A stretch of 62,479 nucleotides of DNA, filler included, from Globobulimina sp. (lineage: Eukaryota), in the NCBI GenBank assembly GCA_003354225.1. It is 19 parts of 19 records of this genome, joined end to end, with 100 filler letters (N's around TTAATTAATTAA, not from the genome) between each part and the next. Parts side by side here need not be neighbours in the genome. Positions count along the whole stretch, not along the records: positions 9,891 to 13,086 come from PIVH01003446.1; positions 13,187 to 16,381 come from PIVH01003447.1; positions 16,482 to 19,676 come from PIVH01003448.1; positions 19,777 to 22,971 come from PIVH01003449.1; 15 more parts are not named here. One strand, written 5' to 3'. The first letter of the stretch is position 1. Each line of letters opens with the position of its first letter. The notes beneath the pieces are model-generated. The model worked only from the letters and a program-made list of their open reading frames with translations. It was not told the origin of the DNA and searched no databases. This document shows, piece after piece, positions 10,953 to 21,692 of the stretch. The position numbers and the translations under genes were made by a program.

Positions 10953-12023
10953 ATGATGGCAGTGGAAACAGCACCGATAATGAAAAAAGAATTAGATGAA
11001 ATCATGGATGCTAATGAATTGATGCGACGCCAAATAGATTTATTCGCAGCGTTTATTTGGAGACATCAACAAAAAGAAAAGCATAAAAATGAAAAGAAAG
11101 AATCCAACGAAGAGAAACAAGACAAACAACATGACGAAACATACAAAATATCAATTAGTGAATACGATGAGTTACAACGACAACTTTTGATTGATTTACG
11201 TTTAAAAATGGGTAACACCGAAAAATATTTAATAAAAAACGAAATTGAAGAATTGATTGTAAAATCCGAAAAAGATATGGATACATTACGTGCTGTTTTG
11301 GAGGAGTGTAGATTGCGAATGGCCGAAACGAAAAAAGATGCCTATGATTTTCGGCGAGATATTGTTATTTCTTATCAACAAAATAAATATAACAGCAACA
11401 ATCAAGCGGAAAAAATAAAAAGATTTATAACGGATAAATTAAAAACAAAACACGGAGTTTTCAAAAAATATAAAACCAAAAACCAATCTTTACAACAACA
11501 AATATCAAAATTGCAGGAACAATTAAAAATATCTACATCGCAAAGTGGTGACTCTTTTCATGTCATAGATTTGGAACAATTAAAAATCCAAAACGCGCAG
11601 TACAACCAAATTATATTGGAACGAAATAAGGAATTATTGAAATTAAAAATGAATACTGGCAAAACTGTGCAGCAATTAAATAATTTTAAACAAGAATTAA
11701 CAAAACAAACTAAAAAAACGACAATATTGGAAAATAATATTGTTGATCGAAATAATTTATTGGTGAAATTGGACGACGAATTAACTTCAGTCCGTAAAGA
11801 ATCGCGTAAACAAAATAAATTACTAAATCTAAACAAACAGAAATTACAAAATGCGGATGTCCCGCACATTATGGACTATGTGAACCAGAAACAAAATAAA
11901 TATAAAATCAAAGCAAAAATGAAAAGTGACGAAAGGAAATTGGAAATCGCAGAACTGAGTGCTAAGAGAGCAAAGAAATTTATATGGGAGCAAAAACACA
12001 AAAACACTGAGGTTGAGAGCTAA
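10953..12023 (+). CDS. CCDC113: CCDC113/CFAP263-like ciliary coiled-coil protein (DUF4201)
   Basis: AETKKDAYDFRRDIV, FHVIDLEQLKIQN..I.ERNKELLKLK and VPHIMDYV motifs. Confidence 0.75.
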   Translation: MMAVETAPIMKKELDEIMDANELMRRQIDLFAAFIWRHQQKEKHKNEKKESNEEKQDKQHDETYKISISEYDELQRQLLIDLRLKMGNTEKYLIKNEIEELIVKSEKDMDTLRAVLEECRLRMAETKKDAYDFRRDIVISYQQNKYNSNNQAEKIKRFITDKLKTKHGVFKKYKTKNQSLQQQISKLQEQLKISTSQSGDSFHVIDLEQLKIQNAQYNQIILERNKELLKLKMNTGKTVQQLNNFKQELTKQTKKTTILENNIVDRNNLLVKLDDELTSVRKESRKQNKLLNLNKQKLQNADVPHIMDYVNQKQNKYKIKAKMKSDERKLEIAELSAKRAKKFIWEQKHKNTEVES

Positions 12024-12030
12024 GCCTCAC

Positions 12031-13086
12031 TTATTTTATATTGTTATAGATCGAGAAACTATATTTCTTTAAATTGTCTCTAATCTTTTTATTTTTTGTA
12101 TAATTACTTGTTTGTTTCTTTACACCGCAATCTTCAAAATATGCACCAGTAATATTATTCAATTTTATTCTCTTATCACAGGCCAATAACATCGCAGTTG
12201 CACCCATTTGCTCCTCGGATTTCAATAAAAACGAGAACAATTTCTGTGAGAGACTCGTAATATATCGATGCACATTATCTGCCGAGAAATGCTGATCAAT
12301 CATACCTGTATCAAAACAAGTTCCCGGATGACATGAATTAAATAAAACATTATGTTTTTTGTATTCCTCAAACATCATTTTTGCATGAACTATATTAAAT
12401 AATTTAGATACTCCGTAACTATACGCATGGTTAAAATTATTATCCAAATGATATTTATTAATGCTATCCATACTCAATAAATCTGTCTCCTTTAATGCGG
12501 AGGCTACCGTATGAAATATAGAGGATTGGTTGACAATCCTACAGTGTTTTTCATTGTTCCTAAAATAAGTGTCATACATTAATTGTGTCAGTATAAACGG
12601 TCCCAGATAGTTGACAGCAAATGTTTTCTCGAACCGTCTGTCCAAATTATCATCAAATTTGACAGATTGGCCTTCAGCAACCATAGAAATACCTGCATTG
12701 TTTATTAAAATTGCGATGTTGTCTTGGATATTTTTAGGCAATTTTTTTAGTCGATTTACAAATGCTGTAATCGATTGTAATTTGCCTAAATCGACTTGCA
12801 TAAATCGAATATCTGCATTGGGGAATTGTTTTAATATTTGCTTAATTGCTTCGTGTGATTTTGTTTTATTGCGTGACGCCATTATAATACAACAGGGTAT
12901 GCCGTCATTGCTGGCATTTATGGCTTCGGACTGTTTGTGTGATGCTGCCGACAATGCACTGCAAATTGCATAGCCAACGCCTGAATTACCACCCGTGCAA
13001 ATAATTGTTTTATTCAATAAATTGTCAATATTTTCCAATGCAACTTCCGACGCAGTTGAACTTGATCCATATCCATATTCATGTTT
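12031..13086 (-). CDS. Short-chain dehydrogenase/reductase (RDH/WWOX/TIC32-like), 5'-truncated
   Basis: TGGNSGVG, LINNAG, VNYLG, YGVSK and HPG motifs. The frame stays open upstream (GYGSSSTASEVA) to the contig edge. Confidence 0.92.
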   Translation of the reverse strand, partial: KHEYGYGSSSTASEVALENIDNLLNKTIICTGGNSGVGYAICSALSAASHKQSEAINASNDGIPCCIIMASRNKTKSHEAIKQILKQFPNADIRFMQVDLGKLQSITAFVNRLKKLPKNIQDNIAILINNAGISMVAEGQSVKFDDNLDRRFEKTFAVNYLGPFILTQLMYDTYFRNNEKHCRIVNQSSIFHTVASALKETDLLSMDSINKYHLDNNFNHAYSYGVSKLFNIVHAKMMFEEYKKHNVLFNSCHPGTCFDTGMIDQHFSADNVHRYITSLSQKLFSFLLKSEEQMGATAMLLACDKRIKLNNITGAYFEDCGVKKQTSNYTKNKKIRDNLKKYSFSIYNNIK

Positions 13087-13629
13087 NNNNNNNNNNNNNN
13101 NNNNNNNNNNNNNNNNNNNNNNNNNNNNNNTTAATTAATTAANNNNNNNNNNNNNNNNNNNNNNNNNNNNNNNNNNNNNNNNNNNNCTGGTCTTTTTATG
13201 TTCTTGTCTTTTTAAAAATGTGTAAAAAATGTGTTTTACTGAAAATGTCTGTATTTTCATGTCAATTTGGAGATTGGAGAATCTTTGATTTGATTGTTAT
13301 CTTCGATTTGCCAGCACAAAACGATTTTGGATTGCTTTATTCCATCAATAAGTTGCGGTAAGGAAAACCATTTGATAAATTTTCAACTATTTTTTATTAT
13401 TTTTGTTGTTCGCTTTTGCTGGTGTTTGTTTAATTTTTCAGGATGGTCAAAATCCATGGAAACGATAATCATGGAAGAGGCAATCGTTGAGATGGTAATG
13501 CTAGCCAAAACAATGGTATTTCAATAAAACATTATCCCAAATGAATACATCAGTAAGTTGTATGAAACTTTTTGGTACCGTATAACTAAGACATTATGCC
13601 GAAATAGTGTTTTATTCACAACATACTTG

Positions 13630-14172
13630 TTAAAACCAATAAACAACTATCTGTTCGAGTTTTTGCACTTGATATTTAGTCAATGTTACATCTCCTACGC
13701 TAGCATACAACAATTCATTCTTATCTCCGAAACAAGTAGTTATGTCTTTATATTTCATAGCTTTGTAACATTTATCAATCTTTATGTTGTAGTTACTGCA
13801 AATGACTTTGTTTTGCTGTGGACACCAGAGCAAAAAATAGCGAAGTGTCTGAGCTTCAATTTGATTGTAACCATATACCTTGTTCGATAGTTGTAGGGTC
13901 ATCGAATGATAGCGTCGACTTTCAAGATATTCTTTGCACAATGTAGCTGTATTAGTGCCATTAGGGTCTAGCAAAATCTTACGTTTGTCATAACAAGTTC
14001 CATTCACCAAGTTAGGTGTAGAAACTGGATGGAAAATAAATTGAATCACAAATACCAAAATCAGCATGCATAGCAGACTACAATATTTGCAATCAATTTT
14101 TGACAGATTTTCTACTGTCTTTTTCTTCGTTTTTGGATTAAGAGCTTGAACCACATCCACCGGCTCCATCAT
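13630..14172 (-). CDS. Small single-TM, Cys-rich protein downstream of the pPolB
   Basis: 180-aa intronless ORF with hydrophobic helix LLCMLILVFVIQFIF and several Cys. Same strand as the polymerase. Confidence 0.55.
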   Translation of the reverse strand: MMEPVDVVQALNPKTKKKTVENLSKIDCKYCSLLCMLILVFVIQFIFHPVSTPNLVNGTCYDKRKILLDPNGTNTATLCKEYLESRRYHSMTLQLSNKVYGYNQIEAQTLRYFLLWCPQQNKVICSNYNIKIDKCYKAMKYKDITTCFGDKNELLYASVGDVTLTKYQVQKLEQIVVYWF

Positions 14173-14339
14173 GAGGCTTATAGTTTACTGAATGACCGAC
14201 AACTCTAAGTTGATTTACTTATATACCTTTCTGTCAAAAGGAAAACTGTTATTTACACTCAAACTATTTTTGCTGAATTTATTTGATCAATTTAAAGTTT
14301 TTCTTACAAATAATACACTATCTAACAATGAATGTGTAA

Positions 14340-16381
14340 TCATATATTTTCAACTTCCTCCAATGATTCATCTAATGGTTCAGTAAAAATCAAATCAGGT
14401 GCTAACAATTTTCTTTTTATGTAGAAAGGTTGAAGCCCAATTCGTTTGGCTCTGATTGTATAGATTCCTGTTCTGTTTTTAACTGTACGAAATGAAACAT
14501 TTGTTGCTTCTACATGTTTTCCTTGGTACAGAGCTGCTTTGAATGTTTCAAATCGTAATATATCTGTGTTAGTTTTGGCTGAAACTCCCTTTGCAGCATG
14601 TTTCACTGTGTTTTCCGTTTCATCAGCCATTATGTAACATTTAGCGGATAGACCAATAAAACCTTTGGCCTGTTTTTCGACTTTGAAAAGCCCAGGCTGA
14701 CGCTTTGTGTAAGCTTCTCTTGCGGAGGAGCGATCGTCTACCAAATACTTGTACTTTTCTTGATTGTACTCATGTTGCAAGTGTGGATGAACTAACCTTT
14801 CTGGAATTGAATCACCCCAGCTTACAATAACACTGTCTGTATCCGATCCACATATCGCCAGTTTTGTATGATCGAAATATTTTAAAACAAAGCTGTGTAC
14901 AAATCTCAACAAATTCAACTTTGCAGCACCAAATACTGCTACTGCAATCTGTACAGGTAGATCATACTTTATCGATCTTGGTTTTAACTCAACTTCACAA
15001 TAATCACCACCCAATTCCAGATGGCTAACATAATGTGGGCCATTGATTATATTGTTCACTTCACTATCAGTTACTATTCGATACGTGTTTCGTTTTAAAG
15101 GATTGTATGCAAATTTACCCCATGCGCTTGCTCCTAAATGTTTTGACATGTTGGTCTTTACAGTGTTTCCTGTCCTGTCACCATCTCTGCGATCATTTGC
15201 GATTTTTGTTTCATATTCTTTAAATGGTTTTTGATTTGCTTGATATTGTATCACTTGATGGATTTTTGTTAATTTCACTCCAATTTCACAGAGATATTTA
15301 AGCAATGGTGTGTACATCAACACTTGCTTTCCTGTCATACAGGCCACGAGGTTTCGTCTTGGTTTCATGAACATTATCCCATTTTCATCACCTATTTTCA
15401 AAACTTCGTTGCTTATCATGTTGCGATTGATGTCGAGGTGTCGAATAATAGGTGGAAACATTTTTAGTTTCTCATAGTTTGGATGGTTTGGATCGCATTC
15501 CAGATCAACCAGTGCAAATCCAAATATCTCGCCTGATTTTAGTTTGTTGGCCATTGACTTTTCGCTGAGTTCATGAGTATTGTGTCCAAATCGTTTGGGA
15601 CCTAGCATCCAATTTTTAAGAAATTCTGTCAATTCACCACCCATGTTTAATTCTTCCAAGAATTCACATTCCTGTTTCACAATAAGATTTGCATGTTTTG
15701 ATCGCCATATTTCATTGCGTTTTTCTGTTTGCTTGCACATTTGATTGTATGTTTTTCCTGTCACTTTACTTATCTGCTCGCCATCGACATGACCAATGAT
15801 AGGACAGCTTGGTCGATCGCAACTATGAAATTCGCAACCATCAAATTCATAAATAGTGTCAAGTTCATGGCAGTATCCATCTGGTCGCATCTGCTGTCCA
15901 TGGTTGTAGAAAACATGTTCACCTCCATTCAATTTGTGTCTAATTACGAATTTCATTTTCGATGCCATGTAATCCATCCATTGCACAGCAGATGTTGCAC
16001 GTTTTTCTCCACACAGTTCTGGTTTAAATTTGCTATCTGCTTTTCTTACAAGGTATGGTCCTGCCGGCATTTCGGATGCCAAAGCTGCTAAATATTGACT
16101 GTTAGAATCTAGACTTTCAATCAACTCTGTTTTTGTTGAGGAGTCAGGACCGACTGTAGTGACACCTGCTTCTTGGTGGCGAGTAAAAATTTCAGCCAAC
16201 CCTCCAGTAATCCCTTTTAATCTGAATAAGTTCATAGTAACTTCATCGGGAAGTGTAAAATATATTTTTGGTGCAGTGGAAAGTAAATAAGGGACAGCGG
16301 CGGATTGAATTGTGCAATGGTTACTGAATAAATCAATCTTTCTATGATGCCATTGATTTTGGAGACATTCAACAGCAGGTA
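14340..16381 (-). mobile_element. Protein-primed family B DNA polymerase (Polinton/Maverick-like) with an inserted VSR-like nuclease, 5'-truncated
   Basis: Motif A DSNSQY, motif B KHLGASAWGK, motif C SDTDS, PGLFKVE, SAKCY and AKGV. The nuclease-like insert is PDGYC..TIYEFDGCEFHSC. The frame is open from 16379 and has no introns. Confidence 0.9.
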
Positions 16382-16481
16382 NNNNNNNNNNNNNNNNNNN
16401 NNNNNNNNNNNNNNNNNNNNNNNNNTTAATTAATTAANNNNNNNNNNNNNNNNNNNNNNNNNNNNNNNNNNNNNNNNNNNN

Positions 16482-16754
16482 TATTAAATGATTGGTATTA
16501 TACATTGGTGCATTACTGTGAGAATCACATATTATTTAATTCAACAAAATTATGAAAAGCATCCGAGTCCGAAGGAATTTTATAGATTTACAGGGCATAA
16601 ACAACAAACTCGAATACGTTTATTAGATAATATTCATTGCCATATCTTACATTCCTATGATATCGGATTTAAATTAACAAAAAGCGAAAAAGAATACGTC
16701 GAATTATTATCTGTTCGGCGAGCAATGGAAATGAAATATTATTATCCGTTATAA
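16482..16754 (+). CDS. 3' fragment of an unidentified protein
   Basis: Contig-edge ORF containing LLDNIHCHILHSYDIG. Family not assigned. Confidence 0.35.
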
Positions 16755-17129
16755 ACTGCTTATTGTCGCATAATTATTGCAATTATATCTCGGCCATATC
16801 GCGCATAGAAGAGACTTAATTGAGCAGCAAATAAAGGATATTACTTGAGGCAATATATTATATTATATTATTCATGTTTGTGTTGATTGAAATTGCTATT
16901 TCTGTCTCTGGTAAATGCTTTCTTTGTGTTCGATCAAATGATCCATTTAAGTCAAAGTTTAAATATTATAATAATGATCTTATATTAGTTGTATATATCC
17001 AACTAATTATAATTATATTTAAGTTATCTTGCAAGACGCGACAAGAGAATGACAGTAAACGGTTTTTAGGTTAGCGTTTTTAGAGTATTCAGTGTTGTAA
17101 TCCGGTCTTGTTGGCAACGTACATATTAA

Positions 17130-19028
17130 ATGGGTGAAACAACATCAATAACAACCTGCGGCAATACTGTGCATAAAGAAAGTAAGCATGACATCGAACC
17201 CAAACAAAAAGCTACAAAATACAATTGCAATCCCAACAACATCGACAAGCATGAATACCAACATCATAATCCATTGTACAACCAATATGCATCAAAATCA
17301 AAATCAAAATCAAATTACAAACACCCAAAAGCAAGCAAACGAATTTTAAGCAAATCCAAAAAACACAATTCAATCCCAGCTGACCTCGACCTCATTATAC
17401 ATAACACCGACGACTTGGACATGCACATAGCCATAGACAGCGACGATAACATTCTCGACGACCATTTGGGTCTAACCCTCCAAGACTACCACCACCACCA
17501 CGACAACGACGCATTGACTCCCTCCAAACGACGCATAAAATACCGAGAACGGCACGAAACCCACGGCCTCATCGACAGCAACAACAACAACAAATACCTC
17601 AAATATAAGAAATACAAAAAACTGCGAGCCAGATACCTGAAAATGGATCAATTCATCGACAACCTCCTCTCGCTAAACTGCAAAAACTTGCAACATATCC
17701 TAATCCTCCGCAAAACCGACAATATAAACATCAACAACTTTTATCGCTACATCCTGTCCGACCAACACCGCCGCAACAAAAGCCAAAGCAGCCTCCATCT
17801 GCCTCAACTAAAACGCGTCTCTGAGAGCTTGTCATTCTACGCCGTGTCGTTCCGCGCCATCAACAATTCGCGCAAGTTATGGCATATCCTGTTACAGGAC
17901 CAGTGTCGCCAAAACATTGTGATCCACGAATCGCGCATTCGTTGCTGGACAAAACAGCTGTTGTTGGCCGTCCACTTCCTGCACAAACACAACATCGTTC
18001 ACTTGGACATCTCGCCCGAATCTATCATCATTTGCAACGACGCCGATCGGTTAATATTGTCCGGCTTCGACGCCTCGATGCTGGTCAATGACCACATTAC
18101 GTATAACCTCAACAGCGAGCTACTAAATTCCTGCTGGCAGTTACCGCCAAGCATACGGCGCAGGAACGACTTCAATGGCTTCGAGTGCAAAGCGTTCGAT
18201 ATGTGGAGCATCGGCGTGTTGGTGTTTTTGTTGTTGACGGCTAAGTTCCCTTTTTTTAAGGACAAGCGCAGCAAACGCATTCCAGAGAGTTCCTATGTGA
18301 GCAACGAGCAACGCCTCAGCCATCATTGCAGGGACTTCATCGGCAAATTGTTGTCGTCCAACATAGGCAATCGGATGACTGCGGCGTCCGCGTTGCAGCA
18401 TCCATGGATAGCTTCGCACAGAGAACACAATATCAAACTGGATGGCAGCATTTACGGCAATATGTACCAGCATCATCAGCAAAAATTGAAGCTGAAATAC
18501 GCGATTTTGGCGCAGGAGACCAAGCAATGTCTGTTTGTGTGTGATCAGAAACGGTTGAATAAGAAAATCAAAAAGTTGAATAGGAAGATATGCAAATACC
18601 AGCAGTGCATTGACGAGGAGAATCTGCACGAAGTCAAGCGGAGAAAGTCAAAGTATGGCAATAAGCGGAGCAGTCTCAACCTGTCCAAGTCGCATACGAA
18701 GTATTTGACGTACAATGACTATGCGGACGCGGAGAGCGAGGACAGTACGTCGCTGTATTTGAGCGCATCAGACGCCATTTCTGAGTCTAGTGTTACGGAG
18801 ACATCGTCGTCGCGCGATTCTGCTGTGGCAGATACTGCTTATTATAGACAGAAAAATAAACAATTGGCGTTGCATAAGAGTGCAAAAAAGAGGAAACATC
18901 ATAGTGATTCGTTGAGGATCACCGCGCATAAATATGACATAAAAAAAAGGAATCGGTCCAATTCGACGGCTACGTATGGCGAATATCGGGCGAATAACTC
19001 GGTGAATAAGATCGATGTCGAAAGTTAA
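17130..19028 (+). CDS. CAMK-like protein kinase-fold protein, probably a pseudokinase
   Basis: QLLLAVHFLHKHNIVHLDISPES, FDMWSIGV, PFF and RMTAASALQHPW are present. DFG is replaced by GFD, and no Gly loop is seen. Confidence 0.8.
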   Translation: MGETTSITTCGNTVHKESKHDIEPKQKATKYNCNPNNIDKHEYQHHNPLYNQYASKSKSKSNYKHPKASKRILSKSKKHNSIPADLDLIIHNTDDLDMHIAIDSDDNILDDHLGLTLQDYHHHHDNDALTPSKRRIKYRERHETHGLIDSNNNNKYLKYKKYKKLRARYLKMDQFIDNLLSLNCKNLQHILILRKTDNININNFYRYILSDQHRRNKSQSSLHLPQLKRVSESLSFYAVSFRAINNSRKLWHILLQDQCRQNIVIHESRIRCWTKQLLLAVHFLHKHNIVHLDISPESIIICNDADRLILSGFDASMLVNDHITYNLNSELLNSCWQLPPSIRRRNDFNGFECKAFDMWSIGVLVFLLLTAKFPFFKDKRSKRIPESSYVSNEQRLSHHCRDFIGKLLSSNIGNRMTAASALQHPWIASHREHNIKLDGSIYGNMYQHHQQKLKLKYAILAQETKQCLFVCDQKRLNKKIKKLNRKICKYQQCIDEENLHEVKRRKSKYGNKRSSLNLSKSHTKYLTYNDYADAESEDSTSLYLSASDAISESSVTETSSSRDSAVADTAYYRQKNKQLALHKSAKKRKHHSDSLRITAHKYDIKKRNRSNSTATYGEYRANNSVNKIDVES

Positions 19029-19162
19029 GATATTTGTTGCTTATATTTTATACAAAAACGCACTGTTTCTGTATATTTGTTGTCTATTAATTTGAAAGCA
19101 CAAAAACACACTGTTTTTCATGTCAAATTAGTTCATTCATTGTTTGTTGAACAGCAATATTA

Positions 19163-19676
19163 ATGTTTCTGTTATATGTTTTGTGTTTGTATGTGTTGTT
19201 TGTCACAGAATGGCAGGGGACCAAAAAGGGCGGAGATGAGGAGGAACACATTAAAAAACAGAGCATATTGTCGCCGCTGATATCGCATACACATGAAGTA
19301 CATGAACAATATCCATCCACCAACACAGACATCGAACAGAAACACAATCTCATGAATACTGTACATATATCACCTTCGCACAATCAACAACAAACGCAGC
19401 GCCATCAAATGCATTTTGTACGTTCGCAACATTTAACCCCTACCAACGCAAAGAAAAACTGCAGCGGCAACATACCCATTTATTCGCGTGGCACTTCCGG
19501 ACATAACACCAATGTCACAACACCAAATCCCACCTCTTCCTCCACGCAGCCTAACAACAACAATCCATATGAGGATAGATTCAAATTTAAAATCAAACAC
19601 CAACACAAAACCTCGTACGGCAATTTAATCGCAATCGAACGCTCCGTTGGGCCCCAAACATCGCCCAAACAGTCGC
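19163..19676 (+). CDS. Low-complexity coding fragment running off the contig
   Basis: Open frame to the contig edge. The first about 45 nt look intronic (T-rich, ending CAG). Confidence 0.4.
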
Positions 19677-20109
19677 NNNNNNNNNNNNNNNNNNNNNNNN
19701 NNNNNNNNNNNNNNNNNNNNTTAATTAATTAANNNNNNNNNNNNNNNNNNNNNNNNNNNNNNNNNNNNNNNNNNNNTTTTTTTTTGATCAAAAGTTGTAA
19801 AAGGAAAAATATGATGAAATGTTAAAATGTAAGGAAATCATTAAAAACTGTCAAAATTAAATATTTATTGGATATCCGCAATATTGATAAAAGTATGAAA
19901 TTGCCGCAAACCGCAAAATTCCGACGAAAGTTTCTCAGAATCAGGACAAAATCATCAGAATTCTTAGTTAATCAGGACAAAATGAAAATATCCAAATTAA
20001 TTCCTGCAAAAGGTTAATGATCTCAATTTTATTGTGCTAAGCATTCAATGAATTTGAACATGATTTTGATGAAAATGGCATATTATAGGCGATGGCACAG
20101 ATTTTGATG

Positions 20110-20435
20110 CAGAGATGCCGCCCTGCTCGACTTTTCTTCACTGAGTAGGAGCAAGCAGGAGTCGAGCATCTGCTCGACTCGACTCGACTTTCATTTTTGC
20201 CTTTTTTATCTGCTCGACTCGACTCAACTCCTCATCCTTTTCCATCTGCTCGACTCGACTCAATATGAGCAAATAACAACAAGTCAGTATGGGCAAATAA
20301 GGACATTTTAATTGCTTCAATCTGCTGAGTCGAGTGGAGTCATTATTCTGCTCGCTGCTCGACTCGACGCGACTCACATTTGTGTCACATAATGGCTGCT
20401 CGACTCGAGTCGAGTCGAGCAGGACGGCATCTCTG
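20110..20435. mobile_element. 326-bp hAT-type MITE
   Basis: 23-bp TIRs CAGAGATGCCG(C/T)CCTGCTCGACT with 1 mismatch. Perfect 8-bp TSD TTTTGATG at 20102-20109 and 20436-20443. Internal CTGCTCGACTCGACTC repeats. Confidence 0.93.
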
Positions 20436-20737
20436 TTTTGATGATATCGATATTTTTGGGCAAAAGAAAAAATGGTATGCAGTTTCAAATTGTTTGTAAT
20501 ATTGGGTGGAATTGAGATGATACATTTCTTAGAATTGTGTGACCAGAAAGAGCTACATTGGCGTTGTTCGTTCCGTCTACTGATGATGATAATATTGTCA
20601 TATGAGACCAATATCTTAAATGTATATATTGTTCCATCTGCATCTTATAGTCAAACAAGGAAGGAATGTGTAGCTACTGTTTTTCCCATGAATTGATTTG
20701 TAAAAAACACAAAGACACAAAGTAGCTATTGCATATA

Positions 20738-21479
20738 ATGACTCTTTTACTTTTATTGCGATTAGTAACATTAACCAGTTGTTCTAAAACAACAATGGAG
20801 ATATATAAAATCACCGCATCCACGGACGTTTCTAAAACAACAATAAGCGAATTTGTTCAATAGATTGCAATCGATGAAATAAATGCAAACCCGAATATTC
20901 TGCTATGCATATGATGCCAGCCAGATACTCTGCTATGTACGCATTGGAAGCATATGACAACAAAAGCTCACTGAAACAGCAATTATTGGACTGTAATCTC
21001 TTGGGTATCAGTCACAGCAAACTGCAATTTTTAGTTTATTGTATAGTTGTGTTTGATACACAGATGATATTAGCAATGGTTTGCATGAGATCTTGAACAA
21101 CAACATAGAATTTATTGGCATGGCAGGACCTGTTAAATTTAAAGCTGGTGATCGAGTCAAAGGTCTGTTGGTTTATGGAATTGTTGAAGCAAATGGCGCT
21201 GATATTAGAGTAAGAAAACTTGGCCATTTTGCATATGGTTTGCAACGAAATGCAAATGTTTATATTGGTGATCAGTATATATATCAAATATGGTATGATA
21301 TTTGGTGTGTCAGTAGTCCTATTATCGTATGTGTTGCATTTACATTTAGTTTTTTAGCATTTATTACATCCAAATCGGAATTGATGAACATCATTATCAA
21401 GTTTATGAAACAGGAAAAGTTTCGGCAATATAAAGGAGATGAACATGAAGATAATGTTTTTTCTTCACTGCAGAATTAG
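20738..21479 (+). pseudogene. Degraded class C GPCR / ANF-receptor (Venus flytrap) remnant
   Basis: Signal-like start MTLLLLL, then an in-frame TAG, then IAIDEINANPNIL. Later come YSAMYALEAYD and FIGMAGPVKFKAGDR, interrupted by stops and much shorter than a full domain. Confidence 0.6.
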
Positions 21480-21692
21480 GGAATGTTGGTAAATGAAGTA
21501 ATTAAAATTTGACCCTAGGTCCATTTCATTCCCTTAGACAATGTGCATTTAACTAAATTGAAATCAATTGAATCAAAATCATATAAGTAATAAAAATACA
21601 ATATATTGGCAAGAAATTAGAAATACGTACGGCAAACCTTAAAGTAGAGCGTCTGTCTTTGTACCAATTGTGCTGTAAATACCATTGGCGGA

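Noticed and set aside
13250-13551. Minus-strand frame that would be about 100 aa if TGA were read as Trp (mitochondrial-plasmid code for the pPolB contig)
   Set aside because: The pPolB uses TGG for Trp and ends at TGA just after a typical C-terminal TEPL. The readthrough product resembles nothing.
20110-20435. CRISPR-like array of CTGCTCGACTCGACTC with spacers, and ORF 20138-20611
   Set aside because: Repeats are short, irregularly spaced and in both orientations, bounded by TIRs and a TSD, with no cas genes. The ORF is incidental.
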